Both the position numbers and the translations under genes were made by a program. Below are positions 63,585 through 64,000 of a stretch of DNA of 64,000 nucleotides, piece after piece. The notes beneath the pieces were generated by a model, which worked only from the letters and a program-made list of their open reading frames with translations, had not been told where the DNA came from and did no database searches. The stretch lies in NCBI GenBank assembly GCA_963719315.1, contig CAVRBU010000002.1, positions 960,001-1,024,000 on the forward strand. Direction: 5' to 3'. How positions within the stretch are numbered: the first letter of the stretch is position 1; every line of letters begins with the position of its first letter. Origin of the DNA: an uncultured Planctomycetota bacterium. GTDB lineage: Bacteria; Planctomycetota; Planctomycetia; Pirellulales; Lacipirellulaceae.

Positions 63585-63944
63585 TTACGCCGTTCTTCGA
63601 TACCGCTTTCGTCGTCGCACGCTCGCGAGATCAATGCCACCGAGCAGCAGACCTAAGTCGGCAGCACTGAGCACAACGTGGTTCGCTTCATTGTCGATCC
63701 GTGGCAATTCAAATGTGCCAACTTCGAGACGTTTATACCAGATGGCCAGCCCATCTTCGTCCCACCATAAGAGCTTCACCCGATCGCGACGGCGATTGAC
63801 AAAGACGAATAAGCCGCCTTGCAGCACATCGCGGGCAGCTTGCTCTGCCGCAACGCGCATCAAACCGTCAAAACCCTTTCGCATGTCAGTCGGACCAACG
63901 CAAAGGTAGACAGCAGTCGGTCGGGGTGCCAAGGCAAGCATCAT
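63585..63944 (-). CDS. IS66 accessory protein TnpB
   Basis: TDMRKGFDGL, FVFVNRRRDRVKLLWWDEDGLAIWYKRLEVGTF. Confidence 0.93.
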   Translation of the reverse strand: MMLALAPRPTAVYLCVGPTDMRKGFDGLMRVAAEQAARDVLQGGLFVFVNRRRDRVKLLWWDEDGLAIWYKRLEVGTFELPRIDNEANHVVLSAADLGLLLGGIDLASVRRRKRYRRTA

Positions 63945-64000
63945 CCGACTTTCAAAGCGTTGAGCACCGTACGGAGCAAAGCCTCGTCCACGCCCGATTC

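Larger units (their letters stand above)
59720..64000 (-). mobile_element. IS66-family element (tnpA-tnpB-tnpC) probably including an arylsulfatase passenger; left end outside window
   Basis: Candidate right end GTATCCGTCTCAGGAACCACACC is 19/23 identical to the IS66 end at 44036. Confidence 0.65.

Noticed and set aside
63585..63944. TnpB as an RNA-guided nuclease
   Set aside because: This is the small IS66 accessory TnpB, unrelated to IS200/IS605 TnpB
1..64000. CRISPR array
   Set aside because: No 25-45-nt repeats with unique spacers; the repeats are short tandem units, REP doublets or protein-coded repeats

Overview
GC-rich bacterial chromosome segment, almost certainly Planctomycetota (Pirellulales/Lacipirellulaceae-like). 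Markers are DUF1559, BBP7 barrel, planctomycete extracellular-signal proteins with dockerin-like tails, PEP-CTERM proteins and a groEL-groES-groEL-dnaJ-grpE operon. Bases 1-42.8 kb are mostly core genes: hemH, Hen1-Pnkp RNA repair split by an intact IS1182-type element, tRNA-Glu, csrA, argJ/argC, RluA, chaperones, hflX, a kexin-like S8 peptidase and MATE. These genes are interspersed with REP-like and heptamer-repeat palindromes. A tRNA 3' fragment at 42855 opens an accessory region holding an hsdM remnant, an IS66 remnant and an IS110 element with a structured non-coding right end. It is followed by an ECF sigma/anti-sigma/DUF1559/PEP-CTERM surface-glycan locus, nagA, a truncated nagB and an IS66 that appears to carry an arylsulfatase. 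The most unusual observations are five. (1) A PEP-CTERM 'polyprotein' with an internal sorting signal followed by a second signal peptide. (2) A bridge-RNA-like IS110 end. (3) REP-like palindromes inserted in frame inside ferrochelatase. (4) An IS66 transporter. (5) Single-base frameshifts that cluster at GCGC, probably long-read errors that point to a methylated motif. All family assignments come from motif recognition by eye; no searches were run.
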